A DNA stretch of 63,811 bases, filler included, from Octopus bimaculoides (GCF_001194135.2; 12 parts of 9 records of this genome joined end to end with filler, not necessarily neighbours in it), one strand, 5' to 3'; shown: positions 1 to 13,304, numbered from the whole stretch's first letter. Notes: a model not told the origin generated them from the sequence alone. A program made the numbers and translations.

Positions 1-81
1 CCTTCCCCCTCCTAAAAAGAAAAGCTCTACATTGTATTCGTCCCATCTTTGTTGAGCCCTGTGTGACTAATAAAAGAAATG

Positions 82-137
<56 letters not shown>

Positions 138-849
138 ATTCTATCTACCTATCTGTATAAATGATAGAAAAAGAGAAGACTCTACTTGACTTTTTCTCTC
201 CTTTCTTTTCCAATAGGAGTTGCCAAGTATCTCATCTATAGCAAGACATTGACTTCTATCCCTCTATTATATTTTAACCTCTCCACTGGCACAGAACCAC
301 CTCCCTCAATACAACTATTCATTTCAGTCAGGGTACTTAGTCTTGTAAGTTACTTGGAAACCCAACTGGTATTGGTATCTGGTAAAAAGCACTTGTGCTG
401 GTGCCATGTCAAAAGCACCCAGTACACTCTGTAAAGCAGTTGGCATTAGGAAGTGCATCAAAGCCATAGAAACCATGTCAAAGCACTTTGGCTTGCCATT
501 TCCGTCAAACCATCCAATCCTTGCTAGCAGATATTAACTGATGATGATGATGATGATATACATATGTGTGTGTGTAGACTATCTTCTATCTATGTATATG
601 TGTGAGTGGTGTGAATAGATAAACAGATAGATATATCTGTTTATTCACACATTATATCCTTTTCTCCATGGTAGCATGGGTTACATGTATATATATATTA
701 CTGAGACATTATTTTTAGGCCTTGTTATTAACCCTTATCTGTTTTCATTAAAATCACAGAGACAGCAGACAATCTTTGGACAGAAAGCTTAACAAACATC
801 ACTATCCAACGTGCAGAATATAAACGCACACATATATACCACAGACACA

Positions 850-891
<42 letters not shown>

Positions 892-1004
892 GTGCTTTCT
901 ACAGTTTCCATCAAATGAATTCTCTCACAAAGCCTTGGTCAACCCCAGGCTGTAAAAGAAGTCACATACTGAAGGTGCAGCATTGGTCATTACCTGAAAT
1001 GTGA

Positions 1005-1290
1005 CAGTTCAAGTATTGAAGCTTTTCTTATCCCATCTCAGCTCAGACAGGGTGGTCATATAATTCGGATGGGTGGAGGGATGCCTAGCCTAGGTTCTTC
1101 TTTGCATAAAATTTTGGAAGAGAACTCTAAAGATACAAAGACCGAGGTTGATTGAATTCGTCTATGTCAAGTGTACCCAATCACCTTGTCTGTGACATTC
1201 AGGTGTTCTTTAACACTCAGCACAATTAGGGAGCTTTTCCAGGATGCTCTCCCACAGCAAATTTGGTGTATAAACGAAACATACACATTG
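1005..1290 (+). mobile_element. Degenerate RTE-clade LINE fragment (post-RT C-terminus)
   Basis: SIEAFLIPSQLRQGGHIIRM resembles RTE SIEAxLxxxQLRWxGHVxRM, followed by a frameshifted RYKD. Confidence 0.45.
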
Positions 1291-2150
1291 TGTATGTGTG
1301 ATCGATAATATATATAAATTCTTTTATTCTTTTACTTGTTTCAGTTATTTGACCACAGCCATGCTGGAGCATCACCTTAAAGGGTCTTTGAGTTGAAGAA
1401 ATCAATCCCAGTTTATATAGTTACCTTGCAGTTGAGTATTAAATATAATGTTCAATACTCTTTGTACAGGTAATTAATCAGTACTTTCCTAGGATTTTGC
1501 TATCTCTGAATGAGGTTTGTAACTTTTAACTGTGTACACATATATTAGGTTAGTAGAGTTAGAGGTTGGAATAGCCGTCTAAGGGATAAAGATATCCGTT
1601 TTACTACCAGTATAATTACCTATGTTAACCCCGGGCATACATATGCAAGCATATTATGCTTATAGGATACAGGCAATGACAAAAATAAACATGAGTTTAT
1701 CAGAAATTACATTTAAAGGAAACAGCAAATGGAAATATATTGATCAACAACAATTGACTAATTTACTCAATGTCCTGAAGCGTCACATATGCAAAATGGT
1801 TTGATTTAAATATATTAAGCCTTTCTTTTCCTTCTCGAGGCTCTTCTTTTTTTAATGGTTTTGCAGCAATTTACTCAACATGAGGAAACTGAACACCTTC
1901 TTTGTATACCTTTATCTACCTCTGTAGAGATTTGACTTTCAGATAATTTAAAATTTAATTAATTAATTTTCTGAGAGCCTGAATTGAAACAGCTGTAATT
2001 AACAAATAATAATTTATTAATTATCTGTCTATTCTCTCGTTTTATTATTATAATAAATAATGTGCGTGGGCGGGGGGGGATGGATGGATAGATGGATGGA
2101 TGGATGGATGGATGGATGGGTGGATGGATGGATGGATAGCTAGCTAGTTT

Positions 2151-2181
<31 letters not shown>

Positions 2182-2629
2182 GCTTACATACATACATACA
2201 TACATACTTACTTATATACATATATATACACATACATACATACATACATACATACATACATACATACATACATACATAGATCATACTTTGAAAGAATGAC
2301 ACAAGATTGTAAGTTGTGGAAAAAGTACATTACTTTGAGTCTTGAAAAGACTTTGAGTCCTCAAAATTAGCCAAACTAACAAAAAACAAGTAAAATGAAA
2401 ACATGAATCGAACTTGTTACCAGGTTGCTCTGCCTGCTCTGTGCTTTTTTGAAAATTGTGGATTTGCTTGTAACTCCAAGGTTTGTTGTATGTCTCACCA
2501 GACACATGAATATTAAGTAATCTACTGTGAAGTTGGACCTTCCTGCACTAAAGTCATAGAACAAGAGAGAGTCCCATCATATATATAGATATGTGTGCAT
2601 GTATAGGTGCACGCATGTGTGTATATATA

Positions 2630-2730
<101 letters not shown>

Positions 2731-3326
2731 AGGCACATATAAAAGTAGCAGAAATAAATATTTTACAAATATAATAATATTTCTTCTTTGCTTTTCATCT
2801 TATCAGAGTCAATGAAAAAATCTACCAATTTAAGGAAGAGGAATAAAAGAATATGTGCATGTATACACACATTTATGCATGTGTTTGTATGTGTGTGTGT
2901 GACAGAGAAAGCAGCTGAATCATTAATTATGTACAATACACTTATATATATTTCTTATTGTCAGGAAACTTAATTGTGTGTGCATCGTTAGATGTGGTCC
3001 CTTTCAAGTTGCTATGGTGCAGGTCTGAATTTTAAATGTCAATTTATATTGTTGTTGTAATAACATTAATCATAACCTCACCAATTTTTCTTTCCGCCAA
3101 AGAAGATTACTATTCAAAGTTTTTTTGTTTTTTTTTGTTTTTGTTTTTGTGGACTGAACATGTATTAAGAGCTAAAATAATCCATTAAATTTATTCAGTA
3201 CACTATGGAAACAATGTTTTGCCACAATGATCAGTCTATGCATCTTATATCTTCTATGTTTTACTTGTTTGGCCTGTTGGCCCATAGCTCAGCTGAGGCA
3301 CCTCTTTGAAAGATTTTGATGAACAA

Positions 3327-3502
3327 TACAGTTCTATATTTAAGAGATGAGAAATTATTTACATTATTTACATTTGACGGATATTTGTCCTCATTTTGTT
3401 TGCTGTTAACACGTTTCGGCTGATATACCCTCCAGCCTTCATCAGGTGTCTTGGGGAAATTTCAAACCTGGGTTCTCATTCCTAAGGTATTTTTCAATGT
3501 TG

Positions 3503-3566
<64 letters not shown>

Positions 3567-3731
3567 CTTTCAGGTCACTGCCTGGAATCGAACTCGGAAT
3601 CTTGGGGTTAGTAACCTGCACTTTTAACCCCAAGATACTGAGTTCGATTCCAGGCAGTGACCTGAACAACAACAAAAACAACAACAACAGCAGCAGCAGC
3701 AACAACAACAACAACAATAACAACAACAATA
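3327..3731. mobile_element. Second copy of the palindromic tRNA-head/hammerhead element, with centre collapsed and right arm truncated
   Basis: Starts with the same tacagttctatatttaagagatga terminus as 13224, and the left arm is near-identical. Inverted aggtcactgcctggaatcgaactc / gagttcgattccaggcagtgacct around a deleted centre. The hammerhead copy (about 3407-3450, -) lacks 3 nt after GAAACG. Confidence 0.8.
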
Positions 3732-4010
3732 ATGGATGATGGTGCACTTGCTTTTAATGATTCAGAAAAGAAAATGGCTTGGGGAAGCCATTATGAAAGA
3801 CTGCTGAACGTGGAGAATGAATGGGAGGAGGAGAGCCTGCCAAATGTTGACCCAGTAGAGGGACCAGCTATCCGAACTGACAGCTCCCTTGTAGATAAAG
3901 CAATTAAGGGTATGAAACCAGGAAAAGCCCCCGGCCCATCAGGAATCACTGCTGAGATGCTTAAAACATCTGGTGGTGTGGCCTATGGCCTAGTCACCCA
4001 CATTGTACAT
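3732..4010 (+). mobile_element. RTE-type LINE ORF2 fragment (region just N-terminal to RT)
   Basis: W.SHYERLLNVENEW...VDKAIKGMKPGKAPGPSGITAEMLK carries the conserved K(A/S)PGPDGI..E.LK motif, then runs into CA/TA microsatellite. Confidence 0.8.
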
Positions 4011-4120
4011 CATGGAAAATTAATGAAATATTATTGTGTACTTCTGTATATACATGCATGTATGCATACACATAAACACAAACACATGCATGTGTATATG
4101 TGTATAGTGAATGAATTAAT

Positions 4121-4158
<38 letters not shown>

Positions 4159-4921
4159 GTATATATATGTATGTGTTTTCTCAAATATGTATATATACAT
4201 TTATACCTACATGCATACAAACATACATATATGGACATGTGAAGGGGTGCATGCATGTGTATGTGTGTGTGTGTGTGTGCATGTGTGTGTGTGTGTATTT
4301 GTGAACATGTGTATATATACATATATATATATATATTTGTTAAGCACAGATATGCTGATAGGCAAAGAAATAAAGAGATCACTGCAGTACCAAATGTCTT
4401 GAAAATATTTGTCAGAAGATGGCAATATGATCATCAATAATTTATTACATAAAACGAGGTCAAGTGAAATATTCTGTTAACCTTGACTTAAATTTGTGAA
4501 AATTGGAGAAACACCAAATAGGGTGAGACAAACATTCAACTTTTTCCAAAGAAAACGATTTCCCAGAGGTCTTTTAGCATAAAACATGATAAATGTTGCA
4601 AAATCAACAAGGGTATTTTAGCTTGCTGATTATTTTGAATTCCTTAAGGAACCATCATATACTAGAGAGATAAGATAGTAGTGAGACGTTAAATCATGTC
4701 TTGACAGGAAGATGAATGAGGGCTGCCATGAAATAATTGCAAAACTACATGGTTGATGTAGGAAACATTTAGAAGAGTGAAACAAGGCAATAGCAAAGGA
4801 AGGAAACTTTGAAAATAACAGTTGTGTAGTTTTCTGGTTCAAACTGACTGAACTGAGACATGATCAAGGGCATTCAAGCCATGTCCCTCCCATCTAATAG
4901 TCAGATGCAATGGTATTTATT

Positions 4922-4993
4922 GCCTGGGTGGCTCAGTCAATAGAGCATGGGATTCTTAATCTTGGGTTATGGGTTCAAACCTCATGTTGAGCG
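4922..4993 (+). pseudogene. tRNA-Lys(CTT) pseudogene
   Basis: GCCTGGGTGGCTCAGTCAATAGAGCATGGGATTCTTAATCTTGGGTTATGGGTTCAAACCTCATGTTGAGCG aligns end to end with canonical eukaryotic tRNA-Lys-CTT (anticodon 4955-4957). Differences are mostly transitions that damage the D-loop GG and B-box. A T7 run follows at 4999-5005. Confidence 0.8.
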
Positions 4994-5009
4994 AATGATT
5001 TTTTTGTAA

Positions 5010-5431
5010 GTGCAAGTATAGATGTGTAGTCAGAAGTTTGCTTTCCAAGCACACAATAACAGATTGCAATCTCACTGCATGGCACTTTGAGCAAGTCTCT
5101 TCTACTATAGCCCCAGGCCAACTAAAGCCTTACAAATGGATTTGGTAGACAGAAACTGAAAGAAGCCCATCATATATATGTGCATGTGTGTGGGTATGTG
5201 TATGAGTCTTGTGTGTGTGAGTTTTGTGTTTATATCTGTCCCCCACTACCACCTGGCAACTGGAGTTGGCATGTTTATGTTCCCATGACTTAGCAGTTTG
5301 GCAAAAAACAGTGATAGAATAAGTATCAGGCTTTAAAAAAATTTGGGGTCAATTCATTTGATTAAAACCTGTCAAGGCAGTGCCCCAGCATAACCACAGT
5401 CCAAAAACTGAAACAAGTAAAACAATAAAAG
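5010..5431 (+). mobile_element. SINE family B, full-length CpG-decayed copy
   Basis: Colinear with the 37017-37407 copy, with CpG sites converted to TpG/CpA. Confidence 0.75.
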
Positions 5432-6442
5432 TTCTAGTAGACTGAGGAACTATATAAAGGCTCCATAGCTAACTTGATGTTATACTGGTATGTTTAAAGA
5501 GCAGCTTCAAGAGTTGTTTTCTCAACATTATGTTCACTACTTATGGATGAAAAATGAAAGACTTTTGACCAAGTCATGTATAAAAGGAACAAAGCAATAA
5601 CAGCCCTTCTCCACTGAGAAATATCACATCTTGATTCAGCAATCTGATATGCTTTTCTTTTTGGGTAAAAATAACAAAATGTACAAATGTCATGATGAGA
5701 ATATGTTCTACATACAGAACTACAACAATGAACAGAAACTCAACTGAACGAGGGATATGAATATAACAGACATTGGTTTAACTTCAGACAAAGCAGAAGA
5801 ACTTAACACAGGCCCACTCTTGGAATGCTAATGATCATCACCACCACCATCATAACCATCATTAATATCCACTTTCAATGATGATAATGATGATCACAGT
5901 CCTAAGCAAATTTCATTCAGAGTTGATGCTCTCCTAGGTAGATCAGAAGGTCACTCTTCAATTATACATTCTAATATTGAGATGATTTTTCCATGGTTGA
6001 ATGCCCCTTTATAATATTAATCACTTTACAAAATTTGCTGAATAAAATCTGTAATGGATTTAATAAAAAAGGTAACTGCTTTGAAGTAACATTTGTACAT
6101 TTATCAGGCAAGCAAGAGATATATTCTACTACTACCAAGGTGTCTATTGTTCTTTTATCTATATAAAAGAAAAAATTGCTGTTTACATACAAGAGGAGAG
6201 AACAAGTAATGATGCCAAAGACAATGGGGCTGTAGAAAATCTAACTGAATTCTAAGCTTTTCCAATCATTTTACAAACACTATTCTATGACAAGGGCCAG
6301 CAAGTAATGGCAAACACTACATTTCCCCTGATGACAGGTAAGAATCCGGAAATGTTTAAAGTTGTCTCCCTTACTTCCTCAACATTGTAAATAATCAAAC
6401 CAACCAATTTATTAAGAACTCTCTGTTGCCAAATCACTCATT

Positions 6443-6514
<72 letters not shown>

Positions 6515-7175
6515 AAGAAACAAACAAAAATACGTACACACATAGATGTACACAAACATACCAATGCAAATATATATAAATGCATATAGATGTATACACA
6601 TACACATAATTATATAAATACATGTACACATTCACATTCAATTATATAAACACATTTGCACATTCACAAACGCACACACACACACACACACATATACATA
6701 TACATACACACTCACATATTTAATATATATGCACACATACATATGAACAAATGCATATAGATACACACACACATAGACACACACACACACACACATGCAA
6801 ACACACTTACATATATGTTTGTACACAAACATACATTGTATTCCTTATACACAGGGGTTGTTATGAAATTGATGTAAAATTTAATTTAATATAAAATTAA
6901 AAGAGATAGATTGTCAAATGATGTTTGCCTCACAACAAGGAAGCAATAAATAAATTATTTAATTTCTCAATGATATTTTTTTCAATTGAAATTGCAAATT
7001 TCCAAGATGGTGAGCCATAGTGAATTTATATCATTCTCCAGTTGCAGTTCTGTTTTATTGGATATTAATGGATATGCCAATATTAACGTGGAGCCTGTTG
7101 ATAATATTTTGATATTATGATGATGATGATGATGATGATGCTGTATAGCCCTAAGTCAGATCTGACGGAACAGAC

Positions 7176-7212
<37 letters not shown>

Positions 7213-7514
7213 TTAACAGCCACTTTTCCATGCTTAAATGGGTGTCAGACAGAATCTGTTGAGACAGATTTTCTATGGCTGCATTCCCTTCCTGTCTCCA
7301 ACCTCCTCACCTGTTTCCAAGTAAGGAAATATTTTCCCTTGGCCATGTTTTCCATGGAAGACTGGTAACAAACAAATTTGTTTGTTTTGATGTTGATGAT
7401 TATTTATAACCATCATGTGATGTCTAAACAAGGGTAAACACACATACACAATCACAGAGACACACACGCATACTTGCAAAGAATCTGGTTATATATATAT
7501 ATATATATATATAT

Positions 7515-7614
7515 NNNNNNNNNNNNNNNNNNNNNNNNNNNNNNNNNNNNNNNNNNNNTTAATTAATTAANNNNNNNNNNNNNNNNNNNNNNNNNNNNNN
7601 NNNNNNNNNNNNNN
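7515..7614. other. Artificial 100-bp scaffold spacer (44 N + TTAATTAATTAA + 44 N); 11 in the window
   Basis: Identical 12-mer at 7559, 14556, 16320, 22058, 25563, 32789, 37922, 50279, 54333, 61376 and 62536. It is palindromic with TAA in all six frames. Confidence 0.97.
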
Positions 7615-7646
<32 letters not shown>

Positions 7647-7737
7647 TAGATATATAAATATACATATATAAATATATTCACGCTTATATATATACACTAA
7701 TATATATATATATATATATATATACTTTTATATATAT

Positions 7738-8580
7738 CATAGCTTCCCAAAGTGAGCGGTTTCAACCTACAGGTGGGTGATTGGCGAATTTCTAGAAAAT
7801 GGTGGGTGATATGAACATTCTGTGGGTGAAAATGAAGTTTTAGAAATTAAGTCTTCAGTTACTGATATCTAGGCATGCCTAGAATAAGGATGCACTTTTA
7901 TGGATTTGATGCACTTTTATGTATTAAAAAAGCAGACTTGTTTATAGATCAAATATTTTTATCGCAGTCATTGAGATGGTTGTCATGCATGCTAAAAATA
8001 GCAGCCAAATAGGCCTATGCCTTAAAATCAAGCTCCACTACAATTTTTCTTTTTTGCATAATCGTATGAAGTACCGTGTTTAGAATTCAAATTCGCAAAC
8101 ATTTTCTGAAAACTCCTAAAAATAAAAAAGTTATGAGGGGTTATATGTCATGCATAATTCTTTAGTTTCATATTAAAACAAAAGTGCTATTTTCAGGATT
8201 TTGACAAAATGTGCAGTCACACACAAAATGCCAACTTTGAAATCGTGTTTCTTGACTGGGTGAAAATGATTAAACCTCTATAACTTTTTAAAAACATTTT
8301 TCTGGAAAAAGTTGAATAACTCCAGCAATTTAGCTTGGAAAGGTACATTAATGTGCCAAATTCTAAAATTTTTGATAAACTTTAATTTTTGAAATGCTGG
8401 CAGCCAGCATTTCACACAATTGGAGAAACATTACTTCACTCAGTTATCAAAGAGGTTTTGTCAACTGTTATGCACAAAACACCAGATAACATTATGAAGA
8501 AGATCCCACTTAGTAATAACACAATTTCTTGACGCATCAATGAAATGGCCAACGATGTCAAACATCAGCTCATTAAGCAT
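7738..8580 (+). mobile_element. hAT Charlie/Buster-type DNA transposon remnant (transposase fragment 8407-8580; possible 5' end near 7738)
   Basis: FHTIGETLLHSVIKEVLSTVMHKTPDNIMKKIPLSNNTIS*RINEMANDV matches the Buster/SCAND3/ZBED5 motif HTIGE...IKEV...IPLSNNTVxRRIxEMA. The stop is a CGA>TGA change. The 5' end assignment is tentative. Confidence 0.7.
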
Positions 8581-8849
8581 ACAACTATATATACATGAGA
8601 ATACATACATAAATCAAAACATACAACTCTGCACTTGACTCCAAATACTGCACAAATACATACATGCAAAAATCTCCTGTTGATGTTGTTGAAATTCCAA
8701 TGAAGGAGCCTTGCATCTAGTTAAAAAACTTACTCTTTCTTTGTTGGCAAGAAATCTTGAAATAAAACTGAATAATTACATATATATGCATATATAATTA
8801 TAAGTTATATTTCATATTTTCAATGTATCACTTGTTTTTTATGTTTCAG

Positions 8850-8941
8850 TGCAAACTCCTAATCAAATAAGGATTACAGACTTTGGTTTAGCCAAATTAC
8901 TCGACTATAATGAAGAAGAATACATAGCTGCTGGTGGCAAA
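8850..8941 (+). CDS. EGFR: EGFR/ErbB kinase exon containing the DFG motif and activation loop; phase 1 start, phase 0 end
   Basis: tttcag acceptor and gtgagt donor. Translates (V)QTPNQIRITDFGLAKLLDYNEEEYIAAGGK, matching EGFR-family VKTPQHVKITDFGLAKLL...EYHAEGGK. Splices in frame to the next exon. Confidence 0.95.
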
Positions 8942-9314
8942 GTGAGTCTCAATTATTGATTTATTGATCTTTCTAATTACTGTGTCTTTAAAGAAATTTA
9001 CCCACCGTTTATATCCTACCTACTTTATCAGTCTTTCTCTGGCCCGCTCTCTTTTTCATTCTCCATCACTCAACAGATTGCTTGCTCTCTCTCTCCCCCC
9101 CCCCACATATACATGCATGCACACCAACACATATAGATGTAGGCACAATGTTTCTCTCTTTTCCACACAAATAATGCAACTATAGGTAAATACCAACATT
9201 ACCAATGTTATGTGTAATTAATAGGTAACAACAACAACACTGAATGTTTATTCTCTAAAACACTGCATTTGATCAGAAGGAATGGCACTAATAAATGTTC
9301 TCTTTCTTTTTTAG

Positions 9315-9390
9315 ATGCCAATTAAATGGTTGGCTCTTGAGTGCATCCAGCACAGGATATTTACTCATAAAAGTGATGTATGGAGTTATG
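9315..9390 (+). CDS. EGFR: EGFR/ErbB kinase exon, 76 nt
   Basis: ttttag acceptor and gtaagt donor. Translates MPIKWLALECIQHRIFTHKSDVWSY(G). Length and phases match human EGFR exon 22 as I recall them. Confidence 0.96.
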
Positions 9391-9578
9391 GTAAGTCTGA
9401 TTAATATGCATGTATATGTGTGTCTATAGGAGTAGTGGTATTTGGTATAAGTCTGTGTGTGTGTGTATGCATGTCTGTATACCACAATGAGTAGTTATAC
9501 AGACATATACAAGTGTTAAATTAATATAACATTTGTTAAAACTTGTCCCTCCCTTATCTTCTTTTGTGCACATTGTTT

Positions 9579-9635
<57 letters not shown>

Positions 9636-9951
9636 CATCATCATTTAACATCCATCTTCCATGCTGGCATGAGTTGGATGGTTTGACATTAATTAGCAAG
9701 CCAGAGGACTGCATCAGACTCTGTTGTCTGCTTTGACATGGCTTCTACTGGTGCATGCCCTTCTAACATGAACCACTTTACAGACTGTACTGGGTGCTTT
9801 TTATATGGCACTAGCACTAGTGTAAAACGTTACCAGTGCTCTTGCCTTAGTTATTTACACTGAAGTTATTCTCTCAGTAACAACGTTTTTCTCAATACAT
9901 GTGAAGTACCAGTTAAAGCAATTATTTTTATTATGATTATCATTATTATTA

Positions 9952-9995
<44 letters not shown>

Positions 9996-9997
<2 letters not shown>

Positions 9998-11107
9998 CAC
10001 CATCACTATTACACTAGTGCACACTAATTTAGTTCACAAGTATTTATATCTTGAGGTTCGGTGAAAACAATTCTTCTCAAATCTCAAGAATTTTTCTTAG
10101 GATTCTTGTAGAATATTGAATGGTACTTTCCTGCAGGCTGACAATGCAAGTTTCAATTTCAATTTCTTTCAGTGTTTTAGGTATCCTTTTGGATGTTTGT
10201 GCCAAGTACACCTGTTACTATAGGAATAATTGTTGTTTTGGTCTTCCACAGTCTCCTCAGCTCTCTGACTGGATCCTGACATTTCTCAATTTTTTCGGTA
10301 TCAATTCTGCTGCCATAGGAGATTGTAAAATCAATGATCTTCTCAATGATCATGTCCAGTCTTCTTGCTTCAATAGTATGGTCAGTCTTTTAGGGAAGTC
10401 CTACAAGATCCTGTAATTCTCATTTTCTATCACAGTCTCTAGATTGTGTTCATACCTCTATTCTGTTGTTTTAAAGACACATATTTGACTATCATCCCAA
10501 TGCACTCTTTTACCTATACTGTCATGTCTGTGCTTATACTCCTTTTGTGCTAGTATCCTGCATTCACTGAAAATGTGATCGATACTCTCATCTTCTTTCC
10601 TTCAGATTCTACATTTGCTATCTGACTGAGTTTTGTTGATCTTTGCATTGATCAGATTTGTTCTAATAGCTTGTTCCTGACCAGCTATAATTAACATTTC
10701 TGTTTCCCATTTCAAGTTCCCATCCATCATCTAAAGCCAGAGGGGCTTCACTTCCAACATGTTCAGTCTGTTGCATGAATTGGCCATGCAGTTCAATTTC
10801 TTTCCATTTGTTCATTCTGTTCTTTCCATTTGTTCATTCTGTTCTTTCCTTTTCTCTTTGAATTCTTTTATTGTTTCAGTCATTTTTTTTTTTGGTATCT
10901 CTGGTTGCTAAAAGTATTCTTCCTTTACTCTGTACAACGTAATTTTTCAGCCCCAGTATTGCAGCACCAACAGTGTCTTCCTCATTTAGTAATCCTCTTC
11001 TACCTTCCCTTCTTGACAGGTAGAGTCGGTCAATATTACTTTCAGGATGGAGTGCATTGTGCATTGTTAGCAGCTTTCTGGTTCTTCTATCTAAGTTCTG
11101 CAACTCA
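9996..11107 (-). mobile_element. R4/Dong-like (restriction-like endonuclease) non-LTR retrotransposon, 5'-truncated copy A
   Basis: LQNLDRRTRKLLTMHNALHPESNIDRLYLSRREGRRGLL, then frameshifted CCHC/RLE regions ending IIPIVTGVLG...RILRKILEI*. Bounded by (TAA)n tracts on both sides. Confidence 0.8.
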
Positions 11108-11150
11108 ATATTATTATTACTACTACTACTACTACTACTATTATTATTAT

Positions 11151-12124
11151 ATTTGGCTTTTGCTTTATATTTGTACAAGCTGGTTCCAAATTTCATCCAG
11201 AAACCTCAAGAGAAAGAAGTTAGAAGTCCAAGTTGGTGTTATGACTAGGTGTCATATTTTTGGTTTTGCACAAAGTGTTGTTCTGAAGAATGTCTGTCAA
11301 AACATTAAAAAAAATTAGAAGTTTGTTTTAAAAGGAATTTGATTATAAGATGATAGTGTGATGTTAAGATGACAGTAAAAGGTGTTTGCTATAGTGTATC
11401 ATTATCTTGACACTGTTTACAGATTAAAATGTTTTGGGGATTACATAGGCAATATTTTTCATTGGATATGAGCAGTTCCCATGAACTTTATTTTTTTGAA
11501 TTTCTTCCATTTTTGGATTTCCTGATACCTGAGATAGGTAGCAATTCCACCCTTTTTACTATTGTTTTAGTCTTGAGGTTCCGCATTTTGCCAATTTCTA
11601 TTTCAAGATCTTTATACTTGCTCAGTTTTTGGTAGGTCTTTACAGATACATTTATGTCGATTGGGACAGACATGTTGGGGAGGCATGATTTTTGTCTGAA
11701 ATCCTTCAATGTATTTTCTGGCCAATTTGCATCTATCTTTCTGTCAGTTTGAACAGTAAAGTTCCAAAGGTGTGAGATGTGATCATTTTCAAGCACTGGA
11801 GGTGGTTTGTGTTCCCACCAGCTTTTATCATGGAGCAGGTCCAAGTCTTTGCAGATTACCTGGTGAATATTCTGTGCTGCTCTATATGCTGAGATACTCT
11901 GTAGGCACAAGAAGGCTGCACATGGAGACAACATGATCAATGGTTTCATTTTGTTGTTTATATACACGATGTGCTGGACTACTGCTGTTCTTTAAGATAT
12001 TGACCTGGTAGTTTCTTGTAGATAGACATCGAGATCTTGGGCTGCTATGATAAACCATTCTGTCTCTGATTTTAAGCCAGACGACACTAACCATTGATGG
12101 GTGAGGGCTTTGTGTGAACATCAG
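11151..12124 (-). mobile_element. R4/Dong-like non-LTR retrotransposon, 5'-truncated copy B with 3' UTR
   Basis: SGLKSETEWFIIAAQD, ETIDHVVSMCSLLVPTEY (CCHC), WWEHKPPPVLEND..LWNFTVQTDRKIDAN.P (RLE domain) and KYKDLEIEI. Bounded by (TAA)n at 12125-12147 and 11108-11150. Confidence 0.85.
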
Positions 12125-12403
12125 TTATTATTATTATTATTATTATTGAGTGAGAGAGCAGTGCATGCCATCAAAGTGACACTGAGGTACAAATATATGA
12201 AGCCAAATATACCCATCATGACTACCCACCTGATAAAGGTACACCAGGCACATGCATCGTAATCATATGTGCGGAACATGGTGATCGCATATCAAGATAA
12301 ACAGTGCATGACTTTGCAGGTAGAGCCCAGTTAGAATTTTCTTCAGCTTGTGTAGTCCATTCCTCTCAAAAGGTCCCTGAATAATGTTTTTTTCTTTTTT
12401 CAG

Positions 12404-12550
12404 GGGTCACTGTCTGGGAGTTGTTTACGTATGGCCAGCGACCCTATGAAAATGTCCGAGCAGCACATGTACCAGACTTGCTAGAGAAAGGAGAACGTCT
12501 ACCACAGCCAAACATTTGCACAATCGATGTCTACATGATAATGATTAAAT
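12404..12550 (+). CDS. EGFR: EGFR/ErbB kinase exon, 147 nt
   Basis: ttttcag acceptor and gtgagt donor. Translates (G)[48 protein letters not shown](C). The [22 protein letters not shown] string is diagnostic of the EGFR family. Confidence 0.97.
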
Positions 12551-13304
12551 GTGAGTGATGTCCTCTTTTTATTCCTTTGTACTTTAAACTGAAGATATTT
12601 TCTAAAGATCTCTGAATCCTGTTCTGCAGTTATTTAGTATATTGTGCACATAATTATTTGCTCATTAAACCTGTGATTATAACACAGATTCTAAGAAAAA
12701 GATGGTATTTCTGTGGAACTAACTAATGTCAGGCAACTAACATTGGAACTATCAAATTAATAAATTGATGTGATAAACAGAAAAGGAAAATTGAATTTCT
12801 AACTTAGACACACGGCCACAAATCATGGAGGTCAGGCATGGTAATTAAATCCACCCTAGTACTTGATTTATACTTACAATATTGATGCATGAGTAACAAA
12901 ATGTAAAGACAGCCTCAGCAGGATTTGAACTCTGATTGTAAAGGGACATAACTAAGAGTAACAAAAACATTTTGTCTACTTCTTAGCTAGTTCAGCCAGT
13001 TTACTGTTGCCAGAAAGTTTCTTAAGAGACAACAGGCTCAGTTCATTGGTCACCATATGAAAAGATAAAAATCCTTGAGCATTTCATGACAACCAGGAAA
13101 TTAAATGGAACAAGAAATTTGGGAAGACAAAGAGAGAAGATATGGGATGGCTTTAACCAGCTGTCTTCAGAAAGACTGATCCAATAATGTACCAAATTGT
13201 GGGTGGGACAGTAAGAATAGGAGTACAGTTCTATATTTAAGAGATGAAGAATTATTTACATTATTTACAATTGACGGATATTTGTCCTCATCTTGTTTGT
13301 TGTT

